Source: a virus (lineage: Duplodnaviria; Heunggongvirae; Uroviricota; Caudoviricetes). Taken from it: 64,000 nucleotides of DNA. Of this stretch, positions 1 to 9,340 are shown one piece after another. The translations under genes were made by a program, and so were the position numbers. How positions within the stretch are numbered: position 1 is the first letter of the stretch; each line of letters starts with the position of its first letter. Below the pieces are notes generated by a model. The model saw only the letters and a program-made list of their open reading frames with translations, was not told where the DNA came from and did no database searches. The DNA lies in the IMG/VR virus record IMGVR_UViG_3300036770_004943, positions 1 through 64,000 of that record; one strand, given 5' to 3'.

Positions 1-2324
1 ATAAGTCCAGGTAAAGTTGATATACTATCCATAAACATTTTCATGGGAGGGGTTACAGCATCAAGACCGAAAGATAATAACCAAAGTGAGGCTGATAAAA
101 CAGCCGATGCTGCAGCCAAACCTACTAGACCTAACCAAAACATCGGTGTCATTACTATTGGACCTAAAGCTTCTGCCGCAAAAGCAAAACCAACAATCGC
201 AGCTGCTGCAACCAATAAGACCGCCCAATCAACACCTTGCATATAACTCATACCGATACCAAGTGGTATCATGGCCAAACCTAAAACACCTATTGCAACA
301 GCTCCTTGTATTACATTGTTTGTAGGTATTTTAGAAACTACAAACATAGCTCCTGATAATAATACTAAACCACCAGCAGCTATAGCCAAACTTTCCCAAC
401 CATTTTGTAATTTATCAAATTCTTGTAAAGCTTTAGCAAATACAAATAAAGCAGCTGATAATATTAAAATTGCTGTAGCTCCTTTAATCATATCCATTGG
501 GTTAAGTCCTTTGGTCATACCACCAGGACCTCCTCCTTGATTTGGGGTTCCAGTAGTTGGTGGTACCGTAGATTGTTCAGGCATCGGTGAAGTACCACCT
601 TTCTTAAACCAATTTTTAGGGTTTAACTTACTCAAGAACCCCCCACTTTTACCTGTACCAGCATTAAAAGATGCAGCGGCTGCACTACCAAAAAGTCTAC
701 CTTGAATTATTGGCCATATTATTTTAGGACCAAAATATAAAGCCAACAAAGTACCTAAACCAACCCAAGGGTTTTGAGAAAACCAACCTATAAGACCTAC
801 GATAGACTCACCAAATTTTTTCATTACCGGAATTATAGAATCCCAAGGTATTTTTTCAAATATTTTAACTAAAGCTATCATAATTTGATTTTTGATAGCA
901 TCAAAATTATTTTGAACGGACATTGCTTGTTGAGCCAATTCTGCTTGACTTTTTTTCTGATTAACAAATAACGCTGCCTCACTTGCTGTTAAATCTTTTA
1001 ATAATTTTGGGTTACCTTCAATCGTGACAAAAGCCCCGTTTTCACCCATTTCTGCAGCACCAGTTAAGGCATCCATAGTATCTTTGTCTAAACCTTTACC
1101 ACTCAATAACCCTTCAAATTTTTCAACTTTAGCACCTTGTTTAGCCGTTTCAACTAATTTAGAATAGTCCATACCTAAAGCTTGAGCCGCCTCCCTTAAT
1201 CTATCCAACTCATAAGCGTTAACTTCAAACTCACCTGTTTTTTCATTAAAAGTAGCTGATGCGGTTGCAGCTTTTGTTAAACTTTTAGCCAACTCTTCAG
1301 GAGAGTTACGTGCTTTATACATTAAAGTAAAAGGGTCACCTAATGCTGCTAAATCCCCACCTAAAACTTGTAATTGAGCCGCAGCTTCAATCGCACCTTC
1401 AGGTCTAAAAACCTTATCCGCGACTGAGGCAACATCTTGCATATCTATTTTATATTTTTCAGAGAATTTGGCCATTTCTTTAAGACCTTTAACCCCTGCT
1501 TTAAAATTTAATTTATTTAATAACCCTAAATTTTGTTGAAACTTTTTAATAACCTGACCTGAGTTAAGACCCATATCGGATGCTTCTTGTGACATCTGTA
1601 AAATCATAGATGTGGCTTGTTGAGCACCCAAACCAAAAAGTTCCATCTCACCCGTCATACCAGCCAACTCCTCAACCTCCATTCCTGTGATTCTAGCTGT
1701 TTCTGCCATAGCTTTTGATGCCTGTTTTGTTAACATCACTTGTCTACCAGTTGCGTCAGCCATAGCTGATTGAGCTTTATATGCTGACTCAATATCAAAA
1801 CCCATTGCAGCAAACTCTTCTCTAGTAACAGAAAGATTGTCTGCCATTAACTTAAATTTAGTACCTTGAAAACCTAAAGTATTTGCAGTTTGATGAGCCA
1901 AATGGTCAATTGCTAAAAACTTTTGAAATATCTCAGACAATGAAGGGATGAATTCATTTTTCAAAGCCTTAGCTCCATCCAAAATAGAACCACCAATTGA
2001 TTTGAATAAACTTTTTGTCTTAGATAACTCTTTGTTTATACCTTGATATAAAGCGTATTGTTGTCTATTTTGTTCATTTATCTTTTGAAGTACTTTAATC
2101 TCATCAGTTAAAATACCTCCAGATTTCTTTAATAATTCATTTATTTTTGCCTCATTTCTTGCTGTTTCTTCAGCAAGTTCTTTCATTAACTTATAGTTTT
2201 TGGCAATAGTTTTTTGAACGTCCGCATAACTCTGTAAGTTTTTGGTGGACTCTTTAACCGCCTCTGCTATCTGTTCCCTGAGTTCGGCTTCCTTTTTTGT
2301 TCTTTCGTAATTATCGTCAGCCAT
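1..2324 (-). CDS. Tail tape measure protein, N-terminal ~775 aa only (continues past window start). The ORF track missed it because the stop lies outside the window.
   Basis: Minus-strand ATG at 2322-2324 overlaps the upstream gene stop (TAATG). I hand-translated 651-722 in this frame and found no stops (..KIIWPIIQGRLFGSAAASFNAGTG..). The product is mostly helical, with several hydrophobic segments and Gly/Pro-rich stretches. It sits after sheath, tube and chaperone-like genes. The three plus-strand ORFs at 43-540 overlap each other and are spurious. Confidence 0.5.
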   Translation of the reverse strand, partial: MADDNYERTKKEAELREQIAEAVKESTKNLQSYADVQKTIAKNYKLMKELAEETARNEAKINELLKKSGGILTDEIKVLQKINEQNRQQYALYQGINKELSKTKSLFKSIGGSILDGAKALKNEFIPSLSEIFQKFLAIDHLAHQTANTLGFQGTKFKLMADNLSVTREEFAAMGFDIESAYKAQSAMADATGRQVMLTKQASKAMAETARITGMEVEELAGMTGEMELFGLGAQQATSMILQMSQEASDMGLNSGQVIKKFQQNLGLLNKLNFKAGVKGLKEMAKFSEKYKIDMQDVASVADKVFRPEGAIEAAAQLQVLGGDLAALGDPFTLMYKARNSPEELAKSLTKAATASATFNEKTGEFEVNAYELDRLREAAQALGMDYSKLVETAKQGAKVEKFEGLLSGKGLDKDTMDALTGAAEMGENGAFVTIEGNPKLLKDLTASEAALFVNQKKSQAELAQQAMSVQNNFDAIKNQIMIALVKIFEKIPWDSIIPVMKKFGESIVGLIGWFSQNPWVGLGTLLALYFGPKIIWPIIQGRLFGSAAAASFNAGTGKSGGFLSKLNPKNWFKKGGTSPMPEQSTVPPTTGTPNQGGGPGGMTKGLNPMDMIKGATAILILSAALFVFAKALQEFDKLQNGWESLAIAAGGLVLLSGAMFVVSKIPTNNVIQGAVAIGVLGLAMIPLGIGMSYMQGVDWAVLLVAAAAIVGFAFAAEALGPIVMTPMFWLGLVGLAAASAVLSASLWLLSFGLDAVTPPMKMFMDSISTLPGL

Positions 2325-3994
2325 TATTTACTTAAAACTAATTTTTTAATAAAGGCCTTAGAACCTTTAAAATCTTTATTACCCATAGCCTTATCACCAA
2401 CTACAACTTCACCCTTCCATTGGCTAGGGTCTTTAGGACTTTTTATATTTTTACCAGCCAAAGTGAAAAACGAACCTGATTCATTATTAGTTTTACTAAA
2501 TATTAAAACTAAACCTTTTGGTTTTTGGGTCATTCTAACAAAAAAAGTACCTTTAGATAAACCCTCAACAATTTGTTTTTTTGTGGCTTTATTAAAAATA
2601 GTGTCATCTTCGTCAGACTCAAACCTTAAATCAGCCTTACATTTAATAAATTTTTTATCAGAAATTTTAATTTCTTTACTTTCTTTCTCCTCTGGGTCTA
2701 AATCTTGTAATATACCTATTTTTAAAATTTTTATCTTTTCTAAAGAATTTTTTTCTTCTTCAGTGATTAATTTTATGTTATCAGCAATACTGTTAATAAT
2801 AGATTCCACAGTATTCATATTAACTTTAGATGTTTTTTTAACTTTAATCTCCTTTTCTTTATTTTCAGGTTTACCATATCTACCTTTTGTCATTTCAGGT
2901 AAAGTAGTGAACTTTTTTAAAAATATAGAAAAAACCAAAATCATCTTTTTTAAAAGAATGTTTTTTTCTGTTTGTGATGTTACACCTTCACCTTTTAAGG
3001 CTATAATATAAAGTTCTTTATAGAAATTTTTAATTACTTTAAAAGTTTCTGATTGTTTACCGTTTTTAGATACTTTAGCGAATAAGGAAAATAAATCGGA
3101 CATAAAGTTTTGAAAATTAGCTTTAAATTTTTTTAATTTTCTTCCTTTGCCTTTTTTTTTAATTTCTAACAATCCGTATGCTTTTAAATCTTTTAAAGTT
3201 GCTAAAAGTGATTTTTGATTTATTTTTATAGATTTTGTGGTATTTACAATACTATCTAAGAACATTCTTTGAAAATCAGGATCATCTTTGTACTGTTTTA
3301 TAACAGTAAAAAATTTAGCATTTTCTTTAATATCATTTAATTTTGTATTAACTTCTTGTAAATCTTCACCGTTATAATAACTACCTTTTTCACCTAAGTT
3401 TTCTTTATTATCCTCCTCTTCTTTAGTTTTAGGTGTTAAATCACCTGAAATTTCTACATCAAAAAAAGCGTTTGTTTGTAAACCCATTAAAGCTAATTTA
3501 TCTTTATATTTACCCCATATGTTTTTTTTAGCTAAAAAAGGTCTTTTTAAAGATTCTGGTGTAAATTTTAATTTAACCTCACCGTTATTTAAATCTAAAA
3601 CCAAAGTTTTAAACTTTTCCGATAACTTTTTATTATAAATCGCTTTACCTGAAAATTTTTGACCGTCTTCTTTTACAAAAGAAAAATCAAACGGTTCGTT
3701 ATATTGTTGGATTAATTCGAGAGTAAAAATACCCTGTGATTTCATATAACCCATAAGATTATAGGAAGGTATACCTAGTTCACTAAAATTTTTTTCAATT
3801 TTGTCTCTAAGATATTCTGAACGTGCTTTAGCAGAACCAACATCATCACCACCCAAATTTTTAACTACTTCGGTAGGATCAGAAGAAGAACCGGCTAAAG
3901 TACTATAAGGGTTTATAGGGTTATATTTACCAGAAGTTAAATCTTCTTTTAATAAATTTTTAAATTTATTTTTATCTAATAAAATTACCGACAT
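2324..3994 (-). CDS. Hypothetical lysine-rich protein (556 aa). Position suggests a tail assembly or chaperone role.
   Basis: A long ORF in an AT-rich genome is unlikely by chance. The product is very K/E-rich. It lies directly upstream of the tape measure gene with overlapping start and stop. No recognisable motif. Confidence 0.6.
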   Translation of the reverse strand: MSVILLDKNKFKNLLKEDLTSGKYNPINPYSTLAGSSSDPTEVVKNLGGDDVGSAKARSEYLRDKIEKNFSELGIPSYNLMGYMKSQGIFTLELIQQYNEPFDFSFVKEDGQKFSGKAIYNKKLSEKFKTLVLDLNNGEVKLKFTPESLKRPFLAKKNIWGKYKDKLALMGLQTNAFFDVEISGDLTPKTKEEEDNKENLGEKGSYYNGEDLQEVNTKLNDIKENAKFFTVIKQYKDDPDFQRMFLDSIVNTTKSIKINQKSLLATLKDLKAYGLLEIKKKGKGRKLKKFKANFQNFMSDLFSLFAKVSKNGKQSETFKVIKNFYKELYIIALKGEGVTSQTEKNILLKKMILVFSIFLKKFTTLPEMTKGRYGKPENKEKEIKVKKTSKVNMNTVESIINSIADNIKLITEEEKNSLEKIKILKIGILQDLDPEEKESKEIKISDKKFIKCKADLRFESDEDDTIFNKATKKQIVEGLSKGTFFVRMTQKPKGLVLIFSKTNNESGSFFTLAGKNIKSPKDPSQWKGEVVVGDKAMGNKDFKGSKAFIKKLVLSK

Positions 3995-4020
3995 TAAAAA
4001 TGTTTATTTATAAATATCAA

Positions 4021-4052
4021 CCAAATAAAAAATGGGGCTATTAACCCCATTT
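4021..4052 (-). terminator. Rho-independent terminator-like hairpin on the minus strand (AAATGGGG-loop-CCCCATTT, then a T-run).
   Basis: The inverted repeat atgggg/ccccat at 4032-4051 is followed on the minus strand by TTTTTTATTT. It lies downstream of the 256-aa gene and a 42-aa small ORF. Confidence 0.4.
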
Positions 4053-4224
4053 AAATTATTTTCTTTTTGATTTAGCTTTATCGTATTCTTTTTTCTGTTC
4101 TTCTAATTCTTTTTGCCAAAAGTCAAGATAAATTCTTCTTTCCCACACAGGCATATTTTGAACAGATTCGTAAGAAAACCTCATATGTTTAACCATATAA
4201 TAAATCTCTTTTTTAAGACCTAAA

Positions 4225-4995
4225 TTATACTCTAACGTTAGGCCAAAAAAAGTTGAGTCCGAGGGTAAATGGAGCTTGAAATGTACCTGTCGGTCCCTCC
4301 ACCTCGGCCGACATATCTATACCTGGTTCAATTGAGTCAGAATATTCTCTGAATTTAAGTGAATCGTAAGCTGGCATCACATTAATAAATTGTTGAATAA
4401 AATTAATATCTCGATTACCATCAATTTCTTTAATTTGTGCTTGTAACCTATAAGTTAAAGTGTTTGAAATTTGGGATTTTGTTGCTTTTTCATATTTTTC
4501 GGAACGAGAAACAATATTTTTTTCGTCAGCAACAGTTAAAAGTTTAAATTTAATTTTTCTTTTACTTTTTGGTAATAAGAAAGAAAATTCACCTTTTTCG
4601 TCGGGCTCAACACCTTCAGGTAATTCTTTTGTTTTTAAAGCCGATAAATCAATTTCAGTTTCAAATTCAACACCACTAGATGGATCGGTTAACTTAACAG
4701 GATACATTTCACCATAACCTGTTGCACGTAACCAAATCATAATCGCGTTTCTATCACCAACCAATAGTTGGTCAAATGGAACTGGGGATTCTTTAACTTT
4801 TCTTTCTAATAATATATCAAGAACTTTTCCACTCTTAATCAAATTTGGTGATGTAAGAATGTTTTCGTCCATTGCGGTCATATACTCTACTTTTACACTA
4901 CCTTGTTGACCAGGATATAAAAGACCTTTTGAAGGCAAAGGAATTACATCGAATGGGGCTTGAAATTGAACTTCTTGTGTTTGTTGTTTTGACAT
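4225..4995 (-). CDS. Hypothetical virion/tail-associated protein (256 aa).
   Basis: Long ORF in the tail module between the tube and chaperone-like genes. No diagnostic motif recognised. Confidence 0.65.
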   Translation of the reverse strand: MSKQQTQEVQFQAPFDVIPLPSKGLLYPGQQGSVKVEYMTAMDENILTSPNLIKSGKVLDILLERKVKESPVPFDQLLVGDRNAIMIWLRATGYGEMYPVKLTDPSSGVEFETEIDLSALKTKELPEGVEPDEKGEFSFLLPKSKRKIKFKLLTVADEKNIVSRSEKYEKATKSQISNTLTYRLQAQIKEIDGNRDINFIQQFINVMPAYDSLKFREYSDSIEPGIDMSAEVEGPTGTFQAPFTLGLNFFWPNVRV

Positions 4996-5155
4996 TATAA
5001 AAACTTTTTTCTAAATTTGTTATTCTAATTAACCTTAAAACTTTTACTATAATAGTAAAGATTATATACATAAATAGATTTATTTTAATTTTTCATATGA
5101 ATTATTTTATTATCTAAGGAAAGATTATTATATTTGTGTATTAATTAATAACGAT

Positions 5156-6127
5156 ATGAAAATGACACAAAATAAATTAACTCGATTAACTGAGGTTCTT
5201 TCAGTACCGACCCACTCTCGTAATGAAAAACTTATGATTGAGTATTTACAAAAAGTTTTAACCGAAAAAGGTTATGACCATTATACTGACTCACACGGTA
5301 ACATTTATGTAACAAAAGGTAACAGTAAAAATTTTCCTTGTTTTGTTGCACATACTGATACCGTCCACCCAATTAATATGAACATGGTAGTTGTACAGAC
5401 AGAAAGTATTGAAGATGGGGTTATTCTTACCGGTATGGACAAAGTCACTAAAAAGGCTTCAGGTATCGGTGGTGACGATAAATGTGGTGTTTATTTAGCT
5501 CTTGAAATGTTGGACACATTACCAAATGTAAAAGCAGCGTTTTTTGTTTCAGAAGAAATTGGTTGTAAGGGTAGTATGTATGCGGACCCAAAATTCTTTG
5601 AGAATGTTGGTTATGTTATTCAATACGATTCTCCAGGTGGAAACTCAATGAGTTTGACATTAATGGGTCGTTACTTGTTTAATCAAAAATCGGAATTCGC
5701 AGATAAAGTATCGGGTTTAATTAAAGAACATGGTATTACTGATTGGGCATATCATCCGTATACTGATGTTTGGCAAATTATGGAAAAGTTTAACATTGCT
5801 TGTTTAAACTTGGCGGCTGGATATTATCGTTATCATACTGATAATGAATATGTTGTTGTCGATGACGTTCAAAACGGTTATGAACTAGGTTTAAAAATTG
5901 TGACAGAACTAGGTGAAAAGAAATACGAAAACCCAAAAGAAGATAGGTATAATAATTCTTATCTTAAAAAATATACAGGAAAAAGTCTTTTAAATGAAGA
6001 AGAAGAAAAAGATGATAATGATATTTTTAATAGTGGGGAATTTATTTATTCTGAACATAATAAAAAAGATTATGGATACGGTCCATATTATGAAAGCCGT
6101 AATTGGGACGAAGATTATGATTGGTAA
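5156..6127 (+). CDS. M42/M20-family metallo-aminopeptidase-like protein.
   Basis: Motifs FVAHTDTVHP (H-x-D metal ligand), GIGGDDKCGV (bridging Asp, compare A-DDR-G of M42) and FFVSEEIGCKGS (Glu-Glu, compare EEVGLRGA), in the order typical of M42/M20 peptidases. Encoded antisense to the tail genes. Confidence 0.55.
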   Translation: MKMTQNKLTRLTEVLSVPTHSRNEKLMIEYLQKVLTEKGYDHYTDSHGNIYVTKGNSKNFPCFVAHTDTVHPINMNMVVVQTESIEDGVILTGMDKVTKKASGIGGDDKCGVYLALEMLDTLPNVKAAFFVSEEIGCKGSMYADPKFFENVGYVIQYDSPGGNSMSLTLMGRYLFNQKSEFADKVSGLIKEHGITDWAYHPYTDVWQIMEKFNIACLNLAAGYYRYHTDNEYVVVDDVQNGYELGLKIVTELGEKKYENPKEDRYNNSYLKKYTGKSLLNEEEEKDDNDIFNSGEFIYSEHNKKDYGYGPYYESRNWDEDYDW

Positions 6128-6132
6128 AAAAT

Positions 6133-6160
6133 AAAGGGACTTAATAGTCCCTTTTTCGTT
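6133..6160. terminator. Bidirectional hairpin terminator between convergent genes.
   Basis: aagggact-TAAT-agtccctt followed by tttttcg, with a T-run on the opposite strand too. Located between 5156-6127 (+) and 6159-6638 (-). Confidence 0.45.
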
Positions 6161-6638
6161 ATTCGTCTTTTAATCTAACCGGGTATTCAACCCCACCTTT
6201 GTCAAAGTAAGAAATTTCAACCTGATCCAAAGTAGCTGGATAATCACCCCCAAAAATAAAGTCAGACACATCTTTTGGTGTACCGTAAATAGATTCTTCA
6301 TCATAAGAACCTAAACCTAAACCAACACTTTTAGCTATCCTAGAGACATCTTGCCAACGTTCATAACCATTTTTATTATAGGATTCAAATAAAGCAATAT
6401 AAAATTTACAAACATTTATAAATCTTTGAAATGATATATCATCGTCAGATTTAAAAGAGACTTCTTCTCTAAGATAAGAATCACCATATTCCCATGTGGT
6501 TTTCATGACAAACACATTAGCAATCTTTGGTCGATTCATGGGTGTTTGGGAAACCTCAAAGGGTAAATCATTTTGACTAAAATTTAATTCGTCAAACCAC
6601 TCAGATTCTTTTAATATTTTTTTTATTAATACTTTCAT
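6159..6638 (-). CDS. Hypothetical protein (159 aa), N-terminal paralog of the next gene.
   Basis: N-terminus MKVLIKKILKESEWFDELNF resembles MKNIIRKILKEEQDEFEWV of 6601-7077. Confidence 0.6.
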   Translation of the reverse strand: MKVLIKKILKESEWFDELNFSQNDLPFEVSQTPMNRPKIANVFVMKTTWEYGDSYLREEVSFKSDDDISFQRFINVCKFYIALFESYNKNGYERWQDVSRIAKSVGLGLGSYDEESIYGTPKDVSDFIFGGDYPATLDQVEISYFDKGGVEYPVRLKDE

Positions 6639-7077
6639 TTAACTGACTTTCTAATTTTTCGATTCTATCTTTTAATTCTTGGATTTCATCTGCAGCTTCT
6701 TCTCTACCTCTATTATACCCTTCTTCTTCCGCCTCTTCTTTTTCCCTATCTGCGTCTTCATAATAAACATAATCGTCACAACAACCTTCACAAGTACAAT
6801 CGTCACGACCAGAATCATAACCAGAATCACGACCATCATCGTAAACCCTTTCTACTTGGTCATACATTTCCTCACCGATTTCCATTAATTTATCAACATC
6901 TTTAATACCGGCATCAACCATCATATCATAAATGTTAAAAGCATCAAAATTATAGTCACTTTCTATTTTAGCAAAAGGTTTTTTGACAGTTTTTTCAGCC
7001 TCGGAAGTATCAAAACCACGAACCCATTCAAATTCGTCTTGTTCTTCTTTTAATATTTTACGGATAATATTTTTCAT
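6601..7077 (-). CDS. Hypothetical acidic protein (158 aa) with CxC..CC cluster and C-terminal coiled coil.
   Basis: ORF with D/E-rich centre (DDCTCEGCCDDYVYYEDADREKEEAEEEG). Shares the N-terminal MKxxIxKILKE motif with the downstream gene. Confidence 0.6.
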   Translation of the reverse strand: MKNIIRKILKEEQDEFEWVRGFDTSEAEKTVKKPFAKIESDYNFDAFNIYDMMVDAGIKDVDKLMEIGEEMYDQVERVYDDGRDSGYDSGRDDCTCEGCCDDYVYYEDADREKEEAEEEGYNRGREEAADEIQELKDRIEKLESQLNESINKKNIKRI

Positions 7078-7081
7078 TTTA

Positions 7082-7966
7082 TTATAAATATTCAGATAAT
7101 TTGGATTTTACCGAATCAATCGAATCATTTATATCTTTTTCCCAAAATCTTAGTAAGGGAATGTTGTTTTCTTTTGCGATAATATTTTTACGTTCATCAT
7201 TTTCTTTAACAAACTTTTGAATTTCATGGATTGCCTCAGGATGAACATCTGGATTGCAATGAAACCAATCACCATCAACCTCAATTAAAATATTATGTTT
7301 GGGGATATAGAAGTCGTATAGATAACCATTTAAAGGGTGTTGATTAATAAATTGGATATTAAGTTCGATTAATAAATCCTCAAACTTTTGCTCTAGTTTG
7401 GATTTATGACTTGACATTTTATTCTTAAAATAATCTAACCTATTAAATCTTTGTTGGATTTTATTTTCTTCTTTAGACCAATACTCTTTTGACTGTTTAG
7501 AACATTTCTCAACCAATTCATCATATTTTTCTAACCAATTTCTACTTTGAGTTTCTTTAATTTTTCTTTTATGTTCATCAGTTTTTTTATATTTTGAAAC
7601 TGACATACCATATTTTCTAACCCTATCATCAGTGTCAACAGTTAAACCTTTATTCCATATTTTTAATTCACCACTTTCATAAAGTTTTTTTTGGGTTTCA
7701 CCAGCTTTACGATGTGCTTCAGGGTTGTGGCCCCAATTATTATGTACACGAGAAGCGTGACCATGTATGTATTCTCTAAAACCTTCATAAATACCTAAAT
7801 ATTTTGGCCTTTCACCACAACCACAGGCACAAGTAGGTGTTATTCCATTTAAAAAATATTCGATATAAACATCTTCGGCTTTCATTTTATGTTTTAAACG
7901 ACAATGAGCCGATAACCCCTGTGGGTTTGTTAATTCTTGATTACAAATTTTACAAATGTGTTGCAT
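7082..7966 (-). CDS. Putative homing/site-specific endonuclease: N-terminal zinc-finger motifs plus C-terminal Vsr-like (DUF559-type) nuclease domain.
   Basis: N-terminus C-x2-C...H-x4-H (MQHICKICNQ..AHCRLKH) and a second cluster CACGCGE..HGH. C-terminus YLYDFYIPKHNILIEVDGDWFHCNP...IPLLRFWEKDI matches the IEVDG...LRF pattern of the Vsr/DUF559 endonuclease fold. It interrupts the tube-to-chaperone run of structural genes. Confidence 0.5.
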   Translation of the reverse strand: MQHICKICNQELTNPQGLSAHCRLKHKMKAEDVYIEYFLNGITPTCACGCGERPKYLGIYEGFREYIHGHASRVHNNWGHNPEAHRKAGETQKKLYESGELKIWNKGLTVDTDDRVRKYGMSVSKYKKTDEHKRKIKETQSRNWLEKYDELVEKCSKQSKEYWSKEENKIQQRFNRLDYFKNKMSSHKSKLEQKFEDLLIELNIQFINQHPLNGYLYDFYIPKHNILIEVDGDWFHCNPDVHPEAIHEIQKFVKENDERKNIIAKENNIPLLRFWEKDINDSIDSVKSKLSEYL

Positions 7967-8033
7967 AAAAAATCCCTTTTAGCAATAAATATACTAAAAG
8001 GGATAGTAAAGTCAACTTTGATAGACCGATACT

Positions 8034-8522
8034 TCAGAAAACATGAATTGCACGGTCAAATCTTAACGTGCCGGTAATCTCAGCGATATCAGAAGAACTG
8101 TAATCTAATGAACCAAAGTCAACATTTGTTAACATTGTACCTTGAAGAATCCATTTTTCGATTACAACACCTGTTGGGTCAAGTAATTCTAATTCAATAT
8201 CTTTCTTATAACCTGCCGCGTAACCTTGACGACCAGTTACAGATTCAGAATGAAGACGTACCCATTCCATTAAAGCTTGTGCCGCTGAAGGACCAATTGG
8301 GTCGCGGAAAGTAACATCAATAGTATCCCAAGTAAAACGACCAATTACCCAAGTCGAAGTATTTAAGAACTGAATTTCAGTTTCTTCTTGAGAAATTTTT
8401 GGTCTTGATGAAGATTTCACAAACCATTCTTGAATTCCTAATGGTGAAGGAAATCTAAGGATAAATCTGTTTTGTTTTTTCGGTTCGTAAGGAACCGGCA
8501 TCCTCATTAATAAATCTGCCAT
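8034..8522 (-). CDS. Tail tube protein (T4 gp19-like).
   Basis: 162 aa (T4 gp19 is 163 aa). Recognisable similarity to gp19: NRFILRFPS vs PNLFQVEIS, and C-terminus GYKKDIELELLD...W...N.....LD......I..TGTLRFD vs AEYKKSAIVRQY...LWPTNVGELQLDWDSNNEIQTFEVTLALD. Located in the same operon, 3.5 kb downstream of sheath. Confidence 0.7.
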   Translation of the reverse strand: MADLLMRMPVPYEPKKQNRFILRFPSPLGIQEWFVKSSSRPKISQEETEIQFLNTSTWVIGRFTWDTIDVTFRDPIGPSAAQALMEWVRLHSESVTGRQGYAAGYKKDIELELLDPTGVVIEKWILQGTMLTNVDFGSLDYSSSDIAEITGTLRFDRAIHVF

Positions 8523-8548
8523 AATATTTTATTTTTTTAAGTTGTTAT

Positions 8549-8569
8549 CTTTTTATTATAAATATCTGG
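8549..8569 (-). promoter_or_regulatory. Conserved late-promoter-like motif (ATATTTATAATAAAAA on the minus strand) about 30 nt upstream of the tube gene.
   Basis: Minus-strand sequence CCAGATATTTATAATAAAAAGATAACA nearly matches GACCAATATTTATAATAAAAATAACA upstream of sheath. A second copy lies at 8608-8624. Confidence 0.4.
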
Positions 8570-8649
8570 TATTTATAATTTTTTATTTAATATTTTTTGA
8601 CTATTAACTTTATTATAAATATCCTTGTATAAACAAAATTTAAGTTAAT

Positions 8650-9336
8650 ATGACAGAATTTGAAAAATTTGCTATTAAAGACCAAGGTATTGGGTCAAAC
8701 ACGTTGCACAGTTACCAAAACTTTATGTCACAAATACCAACAACCGTTCAAGGTAGTATGACACCTTATGTATTGGAAGAAAGAGAGATGCGAGCGACTC
8801 AGATTGATATTTTCTCACGTTTAATGATGGACCGCCTACTTTGGGTTGCAGGACCAGTTAACGATAGAATGTCAACAGTAGTACAAGCTCAATTACTTTT
8901 CTTGGATCAACAAGACTCTAAAAAAACAATTACAATGCACATTGATTCTCCTGGTGGTTCCGTAAAATCAGGTCTTAGTATGGTAGACGTAATGTCTTAC
9001 ATAAAGGCCCCAATTGCAACGGTTAATACAGGTATGGCCGCATCAATGGGTTCCGTATTGTTAGGAGCGGGGACAAAAGGGATGAGAAGTTCTCTAAGGT
9101 TCTCAAAAACTATGTTACACCAATCAAGTGGTGGAGCAATGGGTAATATTCAAGATGCACGTATTACCATGAAAGAGTGGGAAAAAACCAATGAAATTCT
9201 TTTTGAACTTCTTGGTGAGTATTGTGGTAAAACCGCAAAACAAGTGGCAAAAGATGCCGAACGTGATTTATGGTTATCGGCTGAAGAGGCTTTAAAATAC
9301 GGTATTATCGACGAAATAATTCAATCTAAAAAATAA
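8650..9336 (+). CDS. clpP: ClpP-family (S14) serine protease.
   Basis: HIDSPGGSV, GMAASMGSVLLGAG (Ser nucleophile context GxxASMG), MLHQSSGG (His), LSAEEALKYGIIDEI (Asp), all in ClpP order and spacing. Confidence 0.85.
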   Translation: MTEFEKFAIKDQGIGSNTLHSYQNFMSQIPTTVQGSMTPYVLEEREMRATQIDIFSRLMMDRLLWVAGPVNDRMSTVVQAQLLFLDQQDSKKTITMHIDSPGGSVKSGLSMVDVMSYIKAPIATVNTGMAASMGSVLLGAGTKGMRSSLRFSKTMLHQSSGGAMGNIQDARITMKEWEKTNEILFELLGEYCGKTAKQVAKDAERDLWLSAEEALKYGIIDEIIQSKK

Positions 9337-9340
9337 AAAC

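Noticed and set aside
43-540. Three overlapping plus-strand ORFs from the track (43-246, 86-325, 271-540)
   Set aside because: They overlap each other in different frames and lie entirely inside a long open minus-strand frame (tape measure gene, checked by hand over 651-722). They are judged antisense artefacts.
2463-3011. 182-aa plus-strand ORF
   Set aside because: It lies entirely antisense within the 556-aa minus-strand gene. Its F/I/L/S-rich composition is typical of the reverse frame of a Lys-rich gene.
4996-5155. Scanned AT-rich intergenic regions (4996-5155, 14843-14989, 21043-21162, 45671-45732, 51187-51371) for tRNA genes
   Set aside because: No sequence with acceptor-stem/T-arm (GTTCRANYC) architecture was seen. 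No tRNA is reported.
8650-9336. ClpP-like gene as the prohead maturation protease
   Set aside because: No portal, scaffold or capsid gene is adjacent. Instead it is co-oriented with a TM protein and an SPFH protein inside the tail operon on the opposite strand. A prohead-protease role is not excluded, but a membrane NfeD/stomatin-like module fits the context better.
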